Positions 1 to 11,074 of a stretch of 64,000 bases of DNA are shown piece after piece. The stretch's first letter is position 1. Each line of letters starts with the position of its first letter. The notes under the pieces are model-generated. The model was not told the DNA's origin, did no database searches, and saw only the letters and a program-made list of their open reading frames with translations. The translations under genes and the position numbers were made by a program. The DNA comes from Caecitellus pseudoparvulus (Eukaryota; Protista; Bigyra: Bicosoecida): contig CBFFRQ010000008.1 of assembly GCA_965644315.1 (NCBI GenBank), positions 1-64,000 of the forward strand. Direction: 5' to 3'.

Positions 1-3000
1 TAACCCTAACCCTAACCCTAACCCTAACCCTAACCCTAACCCTAACCCTAACCCTAACCCTAACCCTAACCCTAACCCTAACCCTAACCCTAACCCTAAC
101 CCTAACCCTAACCCTAACCCTAACCCTAACCCTAACCCTAACCCTAACCCTAACCCTAACCCTAACCCTAACCCTAACCCTAACCCTAACCCTAACCCTA
201 ACCCTAACCCTAACCCTAACCCTAACCCTAACCCTAACCCTAACCCTAACCCTAACCCTAACCCTAACCCTAACCCTAACCCTAACCCTAACCCTAACCC
301 TAACCCTAACCCTAACCCTAACCCTAACCCTAACCCTAACCCTAACCCTAACCCTAACCCTAACCCTAACCCTAACCCTAACCCTAACCCTAACCCTAAC
401 CCTAACCCTAACCCTAACCCTAACCCTAACCCTAACCCTAACCCTAACCCTAACCCTAACCCTAACCCTAACCCTAACCCTAACCCTAACCCTAACCCTA
501 ACCCTAACCCTAACCCTAACCCTAACCCTAACCCTAACCCTAACCCTAACCCTAACCCTAACCCTAACCCTAACCCTAACCCTAACCCTAACCCTAACCC
601 TAACCCTAACCCTAACCCTAACCCTAACCCTAACCCTAACCCTAACCCTAACCCTAACCCTAACCCTAACCCTAACCCTAACCCTAACCCTAACCCTAAC
701 CCTAACCCTAACCCTAACCCTAACCCTAACCCTAACCCTAACCCTAACCCTAACCCTAACCCTAACCCTAACCCTAACCCTAACCCTAACCCTAACCCTA
801 ACCCTAACCCTAACCCTAACCCTAACCCTAACCCTAACCCTAACCCTAACCCTAACCCTAACCCTAACCCTAACCCTAACCCTAACCCTAACCCTAACCC
901 TAACCCTAACCCTAACCCTAACCCTAACCCTAACCCTAACCCTAACCCTAACCCTAACCCTAACCCTAACCCTAACCCTAACCCTAACCCTAACCCTAAC
1001 CCTAACCCTAACCCTAACCCTAACCCTAACCCTAACCCTAACCCTAACCCTAACCCTAACCCTAACCCTAACCCTAACCCTAACCCTAACCCTAACCCTA
1101 ACCCTAACCCTAACCCTAACCCTAACCCTAACCCTAACCCTAACCCTAACCCTAACCCTAACCCTAACCCTAACCCTAACCCTAACCCTAACCCTAACCC
1201 TAACCCTAACCCTAACCCTAACCCTAACCCTAACCCTAACCCTAACCCTAACCCTAACCCTAACCCTAACCCTAACCCTAACCCTAACCCTAACCCTAAC
1301 CCTAACCCTAACCCTAACCCTAACCCTAACCCTAACCCTAACCCTAACCCTAACCCTAACCCTAACCCTAACCCTAACCCTAACCCTAACCCTAACCCTA
1401 ACCCTAACCCTAACCCTAACCCTAACCCTAACCCTAACCCTAACCCTAACCCTAACCCTAACCCTAACCCTAACCCTAACCCTAACCCTAACCCTAACCC
1501 TAACCCTAACCCTAACCCTAACCCTAACCCTAACCCTAACCCTAACCCTAACCCTAACCCTAACCCTAACCCTAACCCTAACCCTAACCCTAACCCTAAC
1601 CCTAACCCTAACCCTAACCCTAACCCTAACCCTAACCCTAACCCTAACCCTAACCCTAACCCTAACCCTAACCCTAACCCTAACCCTAACCCTAACCCTA
1701 ACCCTAACCCTAACCCTAACCCTAACCCTAACCCTAACCCTAACCCTAACCCTAACCCTAACCCTAACCCTAACCCTAACCCTAACCCTAACCCTAACCC
1801 TAACCCTAACCCTAACCCTAACCCTAACCCTAACCCTAACCCTAACCCTAACCCTAACCCTAACCCTAACCCTAACCCTAACCCTAACCCTAACCCTAAC
1901 CCTAACCCTAACCCTAACCCTAACCCTAACCCTAACCCTAACCCTAACCCTAACCCTAACCCTAACCCTAACCCTAACCCTAACCCTAACCCTAACCCTA
2001 ACCCTAACCCTAACCCTAACCCTAACCCTAACCCTAACCCTAACCCTAACCCTAACCCTAACCCTAACCCTAACCCTAACCCTAACCCTAACCCTAACCC
2101 TAACCCTAACCCTAACCCTAACCCTAACCCTAACCCTAACCCTAACCCTAACCCTAACCCTAACCCTAACCCTAACCCTAACCCTAACCCTAACCCTAAC
2201 CCTAACCCTAACCCTAACCCTAACCCTAACCCTAACCCTAACCCTAACCCTAACCCTAACCCTAACCCTAACCCTAACCCTAACCCTAACCCTAACCCTA
2301 ACCCTAACCCTAACCCTAACCCTAACCCTAACCCTAACCCTAACCCTAACCCTAACCCTAACCCTAACCCTAACCCTAACCCTAACCCTAACCCTAACCC
2401 TAACCCTAACCCTAACCCTAACCCTAACCCTAACCCTAACCCTAACCCTAACCCTAACCCTAACCCTAACCCTAACCCTAACCCTAACCCTAACCCTAAC
2501 CCTAACCCTAACCCTAACCCTAACCCTAACCCTAACCCTAACCCTAACCCTAACCCTAACCCTAACCCTAACCCTAACCCTAACCCTAACCCTAACCCTA
2601 ACCCTAACCCTAACCCTAACCCTAACCCTAACCCTAACCCTAACCCTAACCCTAACCCTAACCCTAACCCTAACCCTAACCCTAACCCTAACCCTAACCC
2701 TAACCCTAACCCTAACCCTAACCCTAACCCTAACCCTAACCCTAACCCTAACCCTAACCCTAACCCTAACCCTAACCCTAACCCTAACCCTAACCCTAAC
2801 CCTAACCCTAACCCTAACCCTAACCCTAACCCTAACCCTAACCCTAACCCTAACCCTAACCCTAACCCTAACCCTAACCCTAACCCTAACCCTAACCCTA
2901 ACCCTAACCCTAACCCTAACCCTAACCCTAACCCTAACCCTAACCCTAACCCTAACCCTAACCCTAACCCTAACCCTAACCCTAACCCTAACCCTAACCC

Positions 3001-5218
3001 TAACCCTAACCCTAACCCTAACCCTAACCCTAACCCTAACCCTAACCCTAACCCTAACCCTAACCCTAACCCTAACCCTAACCCTAACCCTAACCCTAAC
3101 CCTAACCCTAACCCTAACCCTAACCCTAACCCTAACCCTAACCCTAACCCTAACCCTAACCCTAACCCTAACCCTAACCCTAACCCTAACCCTAACCCTA
3201 ACCCTAACCCTAACCCTAACCCTAACCCTAACCCTAACCCTAACCCTAACCCTAACCCTAACCCTAACCCTAACCCTAACCCTAACCCTAACCCTAACCC
3301 TAACCCTAACCCTAACCCTAACCCTAACCCTAACCCTAACCCTAACCCTAACCCTAACCCTAACCCTAACCCTAACCCTAACCCTAACCCTAACCCTAAC
3401 CCTAACCCTAACCCTAACCCTAACCCTAACCCTAACCCTAACCCTAACCCTAACCCTAACCCTAACCCTAACCCTAACCCTAACCCTAACCCTAACCCTA
3501 ACCCTAACCCTAACCCTAACCCTAACCCTAACCCTAACCCTAACCCTAACCCTAACCCTAACCCTAACCCTAACCCTAACCCTAACCCTAACCCTAACCC
3601 TAACCCTAACCCTAACCCTAACCCTAACCCTAACCCTAACCCTAACCCTAACCCTAACCCTAACCCTAACCCTAACCCTAACCCTAACCCTAACCCTAAC
3701 CCTAACCCTAACCCTAACCCTAACCCTAACCCTAACCCTAACCCTAACCCTAACCCTAACCCTAACCCTAACCCTAACCCTAACCCTAACCCTAACCCTA
3801 ACCCTAACCCTAACCCTAACCCTAACCCTAACCCTAACCCTAACCCTAACCCTAACCCTAACCCTAACCCTAACCCTAACCCTAACCCTAACCCTAACCC
3901 TAACCCTAACCCTAACCCTAACCCTAACCCTAACCCTAACCCTAACCCTAACCCTAACCCTAACCCTAACCCTAACCCTAACCCTAACCCTAACCCTAAC
4001 CCTAACCCTAACCCTAACCCTAACCCTAACCCTAACCCTAACCCTAACCCTAACCCTAACCCTAACCCTAACCCTAACCCTAACCCTAACCCTAACCCTA
4101 ACCCTAACCCTAACCCTAACCCTAACCCTAACCCTAACCCTAACCCTAACCCTAACCCTAACCCTAACCCTAACCCTAACCCTAACCCTAACCCTAACCC
4201 TAACCCTAACCCTAACCCTAACCCTAACCCTAACCCTAACCCTAACCCTAACCCTAACCCTAACCCTAACCCTAACCCTAACCCTAACCCTAACCCTAAC
4301 CCTAACCCTAACCCTAACCCTAACCCTAACCCTAACCCTAACCCTAACCCTAACCCTAACCCTAACCCTAACCCTAACCCTAACCCTAACCCTAACCCTA
4401 ACCCTAACCCTAACCCTAACCCTAACCCTAACCCTAACCCTAACCCTAACCCTAACCCTAACCCTAACCCTAACCCTAACCCTAACCCTAACCCTAACCC
4501 TAACCCTAACCCTAACCCTAACCCTAACCCTAACCCTAACCCTAACCCTAACCCTAACCCTAACCCTAACCCTAACCCTAACCCTAACCCTAACCCTAAC
4601 CCTAACCCTAACCCTAACCCTAACCCTAACCCTAACCCTAACCCTAACCCTAACCCTAACCCTAACCCTAACCCTAACCCTAACCCTAACCCTAACCCTA
4701 ACCCTAACCCTAACCCTAACCCTAACCCTAACCCTAACCCTAACCCTAACCCTAACCCTAACCCTAACCCTAACCCTAACCCTAACCCTAACCCTAACCC
4801 TAACCCTAACCCTAACCCTAACCCTAACCCTAACCCTAACCCTAACCCTAACCCTAACCCTAACCCTAACCCTAACCCTAACCCTAACCCTAACCCTAAC
4901 CCTAACCCTAACCCTAACCCTAACCCTAACCCTAACCCTAACCCTAACCCTAACCCTAACCCTAACCCTAACCCTAACCCTAACCCTAACCCTAACCCTA
5001 ACCCTAACCCTAACCCTAACCCTAACCCTAACCCTAACCCTAACCCTAACCCTAACCCTAACCCTAACCCTAACCCTAACCCTAACCCTAACCCTAACCC
5101 TAACCCTAACCCTAACCCTAACCCTAACCCTAACCCTAACCCTAACCCTAACCCTAACCCTAACCCTAACCCTAACCCTAACCCTAACCCTAACCCTAAC
5201 CCTAACCCTAACCCTAAC
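1..5218 (+). repeat. Telomeric repeat array (TAACCC)n = (TTAGGG)n, about 870 copies; chromosome end
   Basis: Hexamer tandem array from base 1 to 5218, with the C-rich strand at the 5' end as expected for a left telomere. Confidence 0.99.
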
Positions 5219-8149
5219 TTTCCAAATGTCAAGCTAATCACAAGTTGTGAAGTGCTAACATTGCCTAATCCAGGCGCTCGTGCACCCAAGTGTGGTGTTG
5301 CACAGTGCTTGCTGGTTGGGTGGTGCGCACCGGGGCGGGGTAGTGCGAATTCCGCACACCATCGCACCGTGGCTCCCAGTTTGCGCCCTCGGTCGGGGCA
5401 TGCACCTGGGATCGACATCAAAAGCATCATTGACAAGCATCATGAACGCCCAAGTGGATCAAGTCCTGGGGGTCCTCTTCGTGGAGGGGTGCCTGAAGCG
5501 CAAGCAAGTGCTCGGCCCCAGAACAGGTGTCTTCACTGACATGCCACGTCGGGGTGCCGCACGCACCTTCGAGCTTGGAGGACCCCTGCCCAAGACTGAT
5601 CATGATAGTTCATCTTCGGCACGGGACATGTGGCTCGAGGTCTATGGGGAAGCCGCCGAACGGCTGATCCCAGGGCTGAGTGCGGAATTCGGCAACGCCA
5701 ATGCGGCCCTGCGCCAGGGACCCACCGGATCGCCAACCATCCTCGTCACGCTCGGAAGTGAGGGTGATTCACCAACAGTGGCACGTCAACTTCGCATTCT
5801 TGCTGCTCAAGAGGACGACTTCGCCATTCGAGTCGGCCAAGGTGGGTTCGTCGCCGTGGCCTACACCAACACCAAGCAGTTCGCATCGGCGAAGGCGAAA
5901 GTGAAGGTGAAGGCCCACCCCACCGCCATCCAAGTGGCCCACCAAGTGACCAAGGAAGCAACCGAAATCGCCTGCCAGTCAGGTGATGTTGCCAAGGTCA
6001 TGTGCCTCGTTAGGTCCCACTTCGACCATGGCCCCGTGCCAGCCCAAGCCGTCCGTCCCAGTGTCAGACAATCCGTCCCCTCCGAGGGTGATGCACCTGT
6101 CGACACCAAGACACCATCGACCTGGACTGACACTCAGCTCGACAAGGCACCGAAGAAGAAGAAGACCCGTCGAGGCAAGCGAGGAAAGGGCAAGTCAGCC
6201 GGACGATCCCTCACCTTCGAGGACGTCTTCATCAAGAACGTCCGGCCACCTGCACCTCGACCAACCTCACCACCTGCCACCCAAGGCTCACCCAAAGATA
6301 CCGTCACCACCCCTGTGGTGCATGCCATGTTGCCTTCATCAAGGGTGCAGCGGGGCGTCGACCGCAAGTGGCCGTCCCCCACCCCGTCGGGCGAGGCAAG
6401 CCCCGAGGTGCACCGGTATCGGCCGTCTGCAGCAGCAGCATGGGAGGTGATCACAAGGGTGGTGCCTCTTCATGACAGTGTGCGGACACCCGAGCACCTG
6501 GCCGAGTACCCCATCAAGCCTGGCCCTCTGGCCGACCTGCTGTCATCGACCCACGTGTACTCTAACGTGGGGGGGCGGGCCTGTGTCCAGGCCTGTCTCG
6601 AGACGGCAGCAGGGGAGAGGGTCTTCGAGGCTGGGGACCTCCTCCTACTCCAGCATGCAGCCACCATCAACGCTGCCCAGCTTGCCTTCAAGCACATGGT
6701 CAGGCAGCTGGAGGGGGTGGTCAGTGACTCGTCCAGCTCGGACATCATGGACGTCGGCCAGAAGCCACCCTCCCCCTTCCGCTCAGACGGGCAACGGGTG
6801 GCCGTCTTCCGCAACATGCTGCACCAGCACTCGCCGGATGACACCTTCCTGGCCCCAGGTACACCACCAGTCCTGCTTCCCGGCCTGCACCTGCTCATCG
6901 ACCGCATCAACCAAGGGTACCGTGCCCCAGCCGGGCATGATGACCTTGGCCAGGCCGGCGTCGACCCCAGCCAGGTTGATGAAGAGGGTGACCAAGAGGG
7001 GCACCTCGACGGAGTGCTGTATGCCTTCGCACTTCGAGAGGTGTGGACCGACAACACGGCCCATCTGCAGCTCATCCTCGTCGACCATGATCGAGGCAAG
7101 CTGGTGCTGTGGAACCCCGACATCCCTGACCTCCATGACGAGCTGCCCCTGCACAAGTGCATGACCCGGCTGGCAGCCGAAGGCATCAACGTCTTGTACC
7201 GGATCTGGACCACACCCGAGGCGGGCAGTCCAGCACCCTTCCGGGACAGGCTTCGAGGGGCACTCCAGTCTCTCCGAGATGACTTCCCCCCCCTGCCTCA
7301 CAAGGCCACCGACGGCACCGTGCACCCCCAGACCCTCATCGCTGGCAAGGGCACAAGGGTGGCCATGCCTCATGGGCGGATGACCCGACAGCAGGCCGCC
7401 ACCCTGGAGGCTGAGGTCAAGGACCCCCTCAAGCGGCTGGTGCCTGAAGACGGCGAGGGTCGCCTGCCCAAGGTCAAGGATGTGCCCCACATCTCGATCG
7501 GGCAGATGGGTGGACGCCTGATGTAAGTCACCTGTGGGGGCATACTCCCTGTGCCACACATGACTGAAGCTTTGTGTCGCGACCGACGCACATAGCTGAC
7601 ATCGGACATTGGAAAGTCCAACCCAACCTCACCATCACCAACCCAACATCGATACCAACACATCAGGACTCGGCTCAGTGGAAGGGGAAGGCACTTGCAG
7701 CAAGATCTGTGAGGCCGCCCCCAAACCTGAGCCGAAGGGACAGCCGGGCTGGGTCGTGTGCTTGCATCTCAGCAACACCCAGTCCGTGTCGAGTCCATAT
7801 CCTCCAGCCCACACCGCCACCCAAGCCAAGCAAGTCGGGTCTCCACCCCTGGACATCGGACCGAGACGGACGAGACTGGACTGGACGGACAAGACAAGAG
7901 TGGACCGAGACCTGGACCTACACCTCAAGACCATCCCACCGGGGCGGGCGCTGAAGCGCCAAGACAGACGGCGACTTATACAACGGACACGAGTCTGTGC
8001 TAGTCGCAAAGCCGTGCAAGCGGTGCCGTCGTGGTGTCTGTGTCACTGCATTCTGTTGTGGCGCAGGTGGCACCACATGTCCAAGCCCAAGCTGTACCAT
8101 GATGTAGCCTGCATGGAGGCAATCTGCAATGCATTGAGTAGCTAACCCT
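5219..8149 (+). mobile_element. Telomere-joined segment 1, putative terminal retroelement-like unit
   Basis: Bounded by the main telomere on the 5' side and by CTAACCCT(AA) on the 3' side. Carries one long intronless + strand ORF. No RT motif seen. Confidence 0.45.
5280..7526 (+). CDS. Hypothetical protein of segment 1 (first ATG 5400; basic KKKKTRRGKRGK tract; possible degenerate Ulp1/C48-like motif)
   Basis: 748-codon ORF. TAHLQLILVDHDRGKLVLWNP loosely resembles the HWxLxxxD motif of C48 peptidases. Confidence 0.5.
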   Translation: MHPSVVLHSACWLGGAHRGGVVRIPHTIAPWLPVCALGRGMHLGSTSKASLTSIMNAQVDQVLGVLFVEGCLKRKQVLGPRTGVFTDMPRRGAARTFELGGPLPKTDHDSSSSARDMWLEVYGEAAERLIPGLSAEFGNANAALRQGPTGSPTILVTLGSEGDSPTVARQLRILAAQEDDFAIRVGQGGFVAVAYTNTKQFASAKAKVKVKAHPTAIQVAHQVTKEATEIACQSGDVAKVMCLVRSHFDHGPVPAQAVRPSVRQSVPSEGDAPVDTKTPSTWTDTQLDKAPKKKKTRRGKRGKGKSAGRSLTFEDVFIKNVRPPAPRPTSPPATQGSPKDTVTTPVVHAMLPSSRVQRGVDRKWPSPTPSGEASPEVHRYRPSAAAAWEVITRVVPLHDSVRTPEHLAEYPIKPGPLADLLSSTHVYSNVGGRACVQACLETAAGERVFEAGDLLLLQHAATINAAQLAFKHMVRQLEGVVSDSSSSDIMDVGQKPPSPFRSDGQRVAVFRNMLHQHSPDDTFLAPGTPPVLLPGLHLLIDRINQGYRAPAGHDDLGQAGVDPSQVDEEGDQEGHLDGVLYAFALREVWTDNTAHLQLILVDHDRGKLVLWNPDIPDLHDELPLHKCMTRLAAEGINVLYRIWTTPEAGSPAPFRDRLRGALQSLRDDFPPLPHKATDGTVHPQTLIAGKGTRVAMPHGRMTRQQAATLEAEVKDPLKRLVPEDGEGRLPKVKDVPHISIGQMGGRLM

Positions 8150-8180
8150 AATGCATTGAGTAGCTAACCCTAACCCTAAC
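8128..8180 (+). repeat. Internal telomeric junction: 22-bp tandem duplication AATGCATTGAGTAGCTAACCCT x2 followed by AACCCTAAC
   Basis: Copies at 8128-8149 and 8150-8171; telomeric repeats continue to 8180. Confidence 0.95.
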
Positions 8181-9727
8181 TGCGCCCGCACAGCTACGCC
8201 AAGCTGGCGCTGTGTGGAGTCCTGCCTGCCCACATCCGCTCCACGCAACTGCGGATCGGGATGCTTGTTAAGGCCCTCCGCATGCTACACTCGGATACCC
8301 CCCTTGCCCGAGCCCTGTGCCTGACCATCCCGCAGGCCCTTGACCTCATGCCTGCCTTGATGTCGACGACCTTCATCGTCGACACCATCGCTGATGGAGG
8401 TCGGCTTCGAGCTGCCAGTGTCCCTGCACCGTGGGCACTGCATGCCCTCTTGGACCTCTGGCTCCTGGGCTGCATGCCAGACCCTGCACAGCTTCGGCTC
8501 GCATGTGCACCTGGCTCTGAGCATGCTGCCACAGCCCTTGCCCAAGTCCTTGCCGGACTGAAGGCCACCCCTGGTCTGCACAGGTCTACGGTGGTTGGGG
8601 TGGCCGCCAGCGAGTCGTCGTCCATGACCGAACCCCCCGCCTTCCCGGCTGACACTCCTTGGGCCCTGCGTCGCCAAGTCCTTGCTTCATACCTCCATGT
8701 AGTCCAGGCGGTGCCGAGTGCAGTTGCCCACTACACCACCGACAGCCGCATCCCCCAAGTGCAGAAGCCCAGGCCCTATCATCTTGGGCCTGGTGCGCAG
8801 CACTTCGTGTGGCTCCATCCACTGCCACACGGGGTGAACCCCCTCTTCTGGGTCTGCTCCGATGACAGGCCCACCAGGGTGAAGGTGCACCACTTCCAGA
8901 CTCTTCAACTTCTCCACGGAGGGGACAGTGCCACCCAGTACGAGTGCTGTCCGATCTGCGGACTCAGCACTGACGAACAGCTGCACGTGCACATCTTGCT
9001 GCACTGCACCCACCATGAACTCACCCTGGCACGCCAACACACGATGGCCAAGTTCAAGGAACTTGCCAACCGGTCAGCTGTGCCTGAGTCCGCGGCGGGC
9101 CAAGTGCAGTGCCTGCCCATCCCCCCCAAGATCCTTCAGACCCTTGTCTGTGCCCCGGACTCAGAGCCGCGGAGCCTGCGGGACCTCGAGGTCCTCCACA
9201 GGCTCCTGCTCTGCGGGCAGTGGCCCCACCGGTGGGGGCTGCCCGATGATGACCAGCTCGTCACCATGAGAGAGGCTGCCGTCCTCTCCCACCCCCACCT
9301 CGTCCACCGTGCTGGTCCTTGCCGTGTCCGTGCTCCAGCTGGATGGCAAGACATTCTGCGCAGCGCGGTCGAGTTCACAGCAAAGGCGTGGCGGATCACA
9401 GTCACTTACATGTTGCGCATGACTGATCCTCAGCACCTTGCAGTCCAGAGGCATGCTGAATACCTGTGGTGGGCGGTGCATGGGCGCGGGGCTCCTCTAC
9501 CTGGACGCACGCAGCCAGTGCGGTCAGCAGCCACGCGGCACACGCGCAGGCCTCGCACTCGCCGCAGGGCACGCACCTTCTTCCCTGCCAAGGCGGGCCA
9601 AGTGCCGTCCACGGAGGGCAAGGTGCAGAGGACGCTGCAGCACTTCATGGGGCCTCAGCCAGCCCATGCAGACACTGATGGTGAGGGGGAAGGGCCCAGC
9701 GGTTCCTGTGAAGAGAGCGAGGAGTAA
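8180..9727 (+). mobile_element. 5'-truncated non-LTR retrotransposon-like ORF (C-terminal part with CCHC knuckle)
   Basis: The reading frame is open from the telomeric junction at 8180 (LRPHSYAKLALCGVLPAHIR..., resembling the post-RT region). CPICGLSTDEQLHVHILLHC at ~8948-9007 matches the CxxC..HxxxxC motif at LINE ORF2 C-termini. Confidence 0.6.
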
Positions 9728-11074
9728 GGCGGAACGCAGGCGCAAGTGCGGGGCGTGGAACAGCCACGCTTGTGGCCGCGCTTACCTTCCACGTGCGTCC
9801 TGACGTGATGATCCTGTGTGAAGCGTGGTGATAACCACGGTAGCAAGAGACAGCTGATGAAGATCTTACCTTTTCAACTCTTTATAACCTGCGAGTAGCG
9901 GTGGAGTGAGCGGGAGCGCGCCTCGGGCCGCGGCGCGTGTGCAGCCGCAGTGCTGCACGGCCGCGGCTCGGATGGCGGCTGACGACGAAGCAAGCTCACT
10001 CACCGTGAAACCAGGGCGTGACGGGTTGTAGAGAAATGTCTTCTTCCTTCCTGTATGCCCCTTGACGTGCGCGGTGTGCTCTGTGGTGCAGGCGCGTGTG
10101 TGTGCACGGGTGCTGGTGTGGGTGGTCAATTTCCGCACCACGCACCCGGCCGAGTTCCCGCGCAGAGGCGGAGCACACACCTCATGGAGGGCGCAGAGAG
10201 GCCTATGAGGGCCACAGAAGAGGTGGGATGTGATTTTGGATTATGGTCTGTTGTCGAGACTGCGCGGATGCCTGGGTGTGCTCTGGTGTGCCCCAGGTGT
10301 CTGGCGCGAGAGGAGCAAGGGGTGAAGTGAAGCGGAGGAGGACCAAGAAGATGAATTGGAGCGGGCAGGGACCTGCCCTAGCAAGCGGCGGCATGTATAA
10401 CGGGCGCAAGCCTGTGTTTGTTGCGTATCCGCGCCAAGCGGTAGCCGCTGTGGCGTCCTACATGTGCAGAGGTGCATTGTGGGGCGCCCGTGTGACGCTC
10501 AAGCTGTACAGTGCCAAGCGGTGCTGAGGTGAAATGCATTGTGAATTGCTAACCTGCGTTTCAAGTGTGTTGAGTGCTGGTCGCGGCGACCTGCACCATC
10601 GCTGTAATCCACCTTGGGCAAGTCCGAATCGTTCGACTTCGTTACTCGGCTTGGGGACGGCGACAAGGTATTGCTACGGCTTTGCAACGCTCCATGGAGA
10701 TAATGCCCCAATAGGAGACGAAATTTCCAGAAAGTTGTGCTGCATACAATCCTAATAAATTTATGGAAGTGTTCCTGTCCAAAGCGTGCCCGTGGGTTGT
10801 CTCTTTCCCGCCAGAGAGCACTGCACAGAGCTGGAGTGGCGTTTCGGTTTGCTTCACCACGCCAATCCACGAGGCCTGCGATATCTCTGCATTGGGCTGC
10901 ACTCTACCGGCTCTGAACAGTTGAGAGGTCCGTTACATGAACTTAGTCTGATGAAACGTTGAAATATTATGCAAGTGTTTCAGACCACGCGTCTAGCCTC
11001 GTGGTCCTGGCTGGCCTGTGTGTCGATGAAACTCCCTTCACCCAGCTGAAAAGCCGGTGGCCCTGCTCCAGCTC

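Noticed and set aside
10946-10985. Hammerhead ribozyme (CTGATGA..GAAA)
   Set aside because: Core-like words are present, but stem I cannot be formed; it is only an imperfect hairpin.
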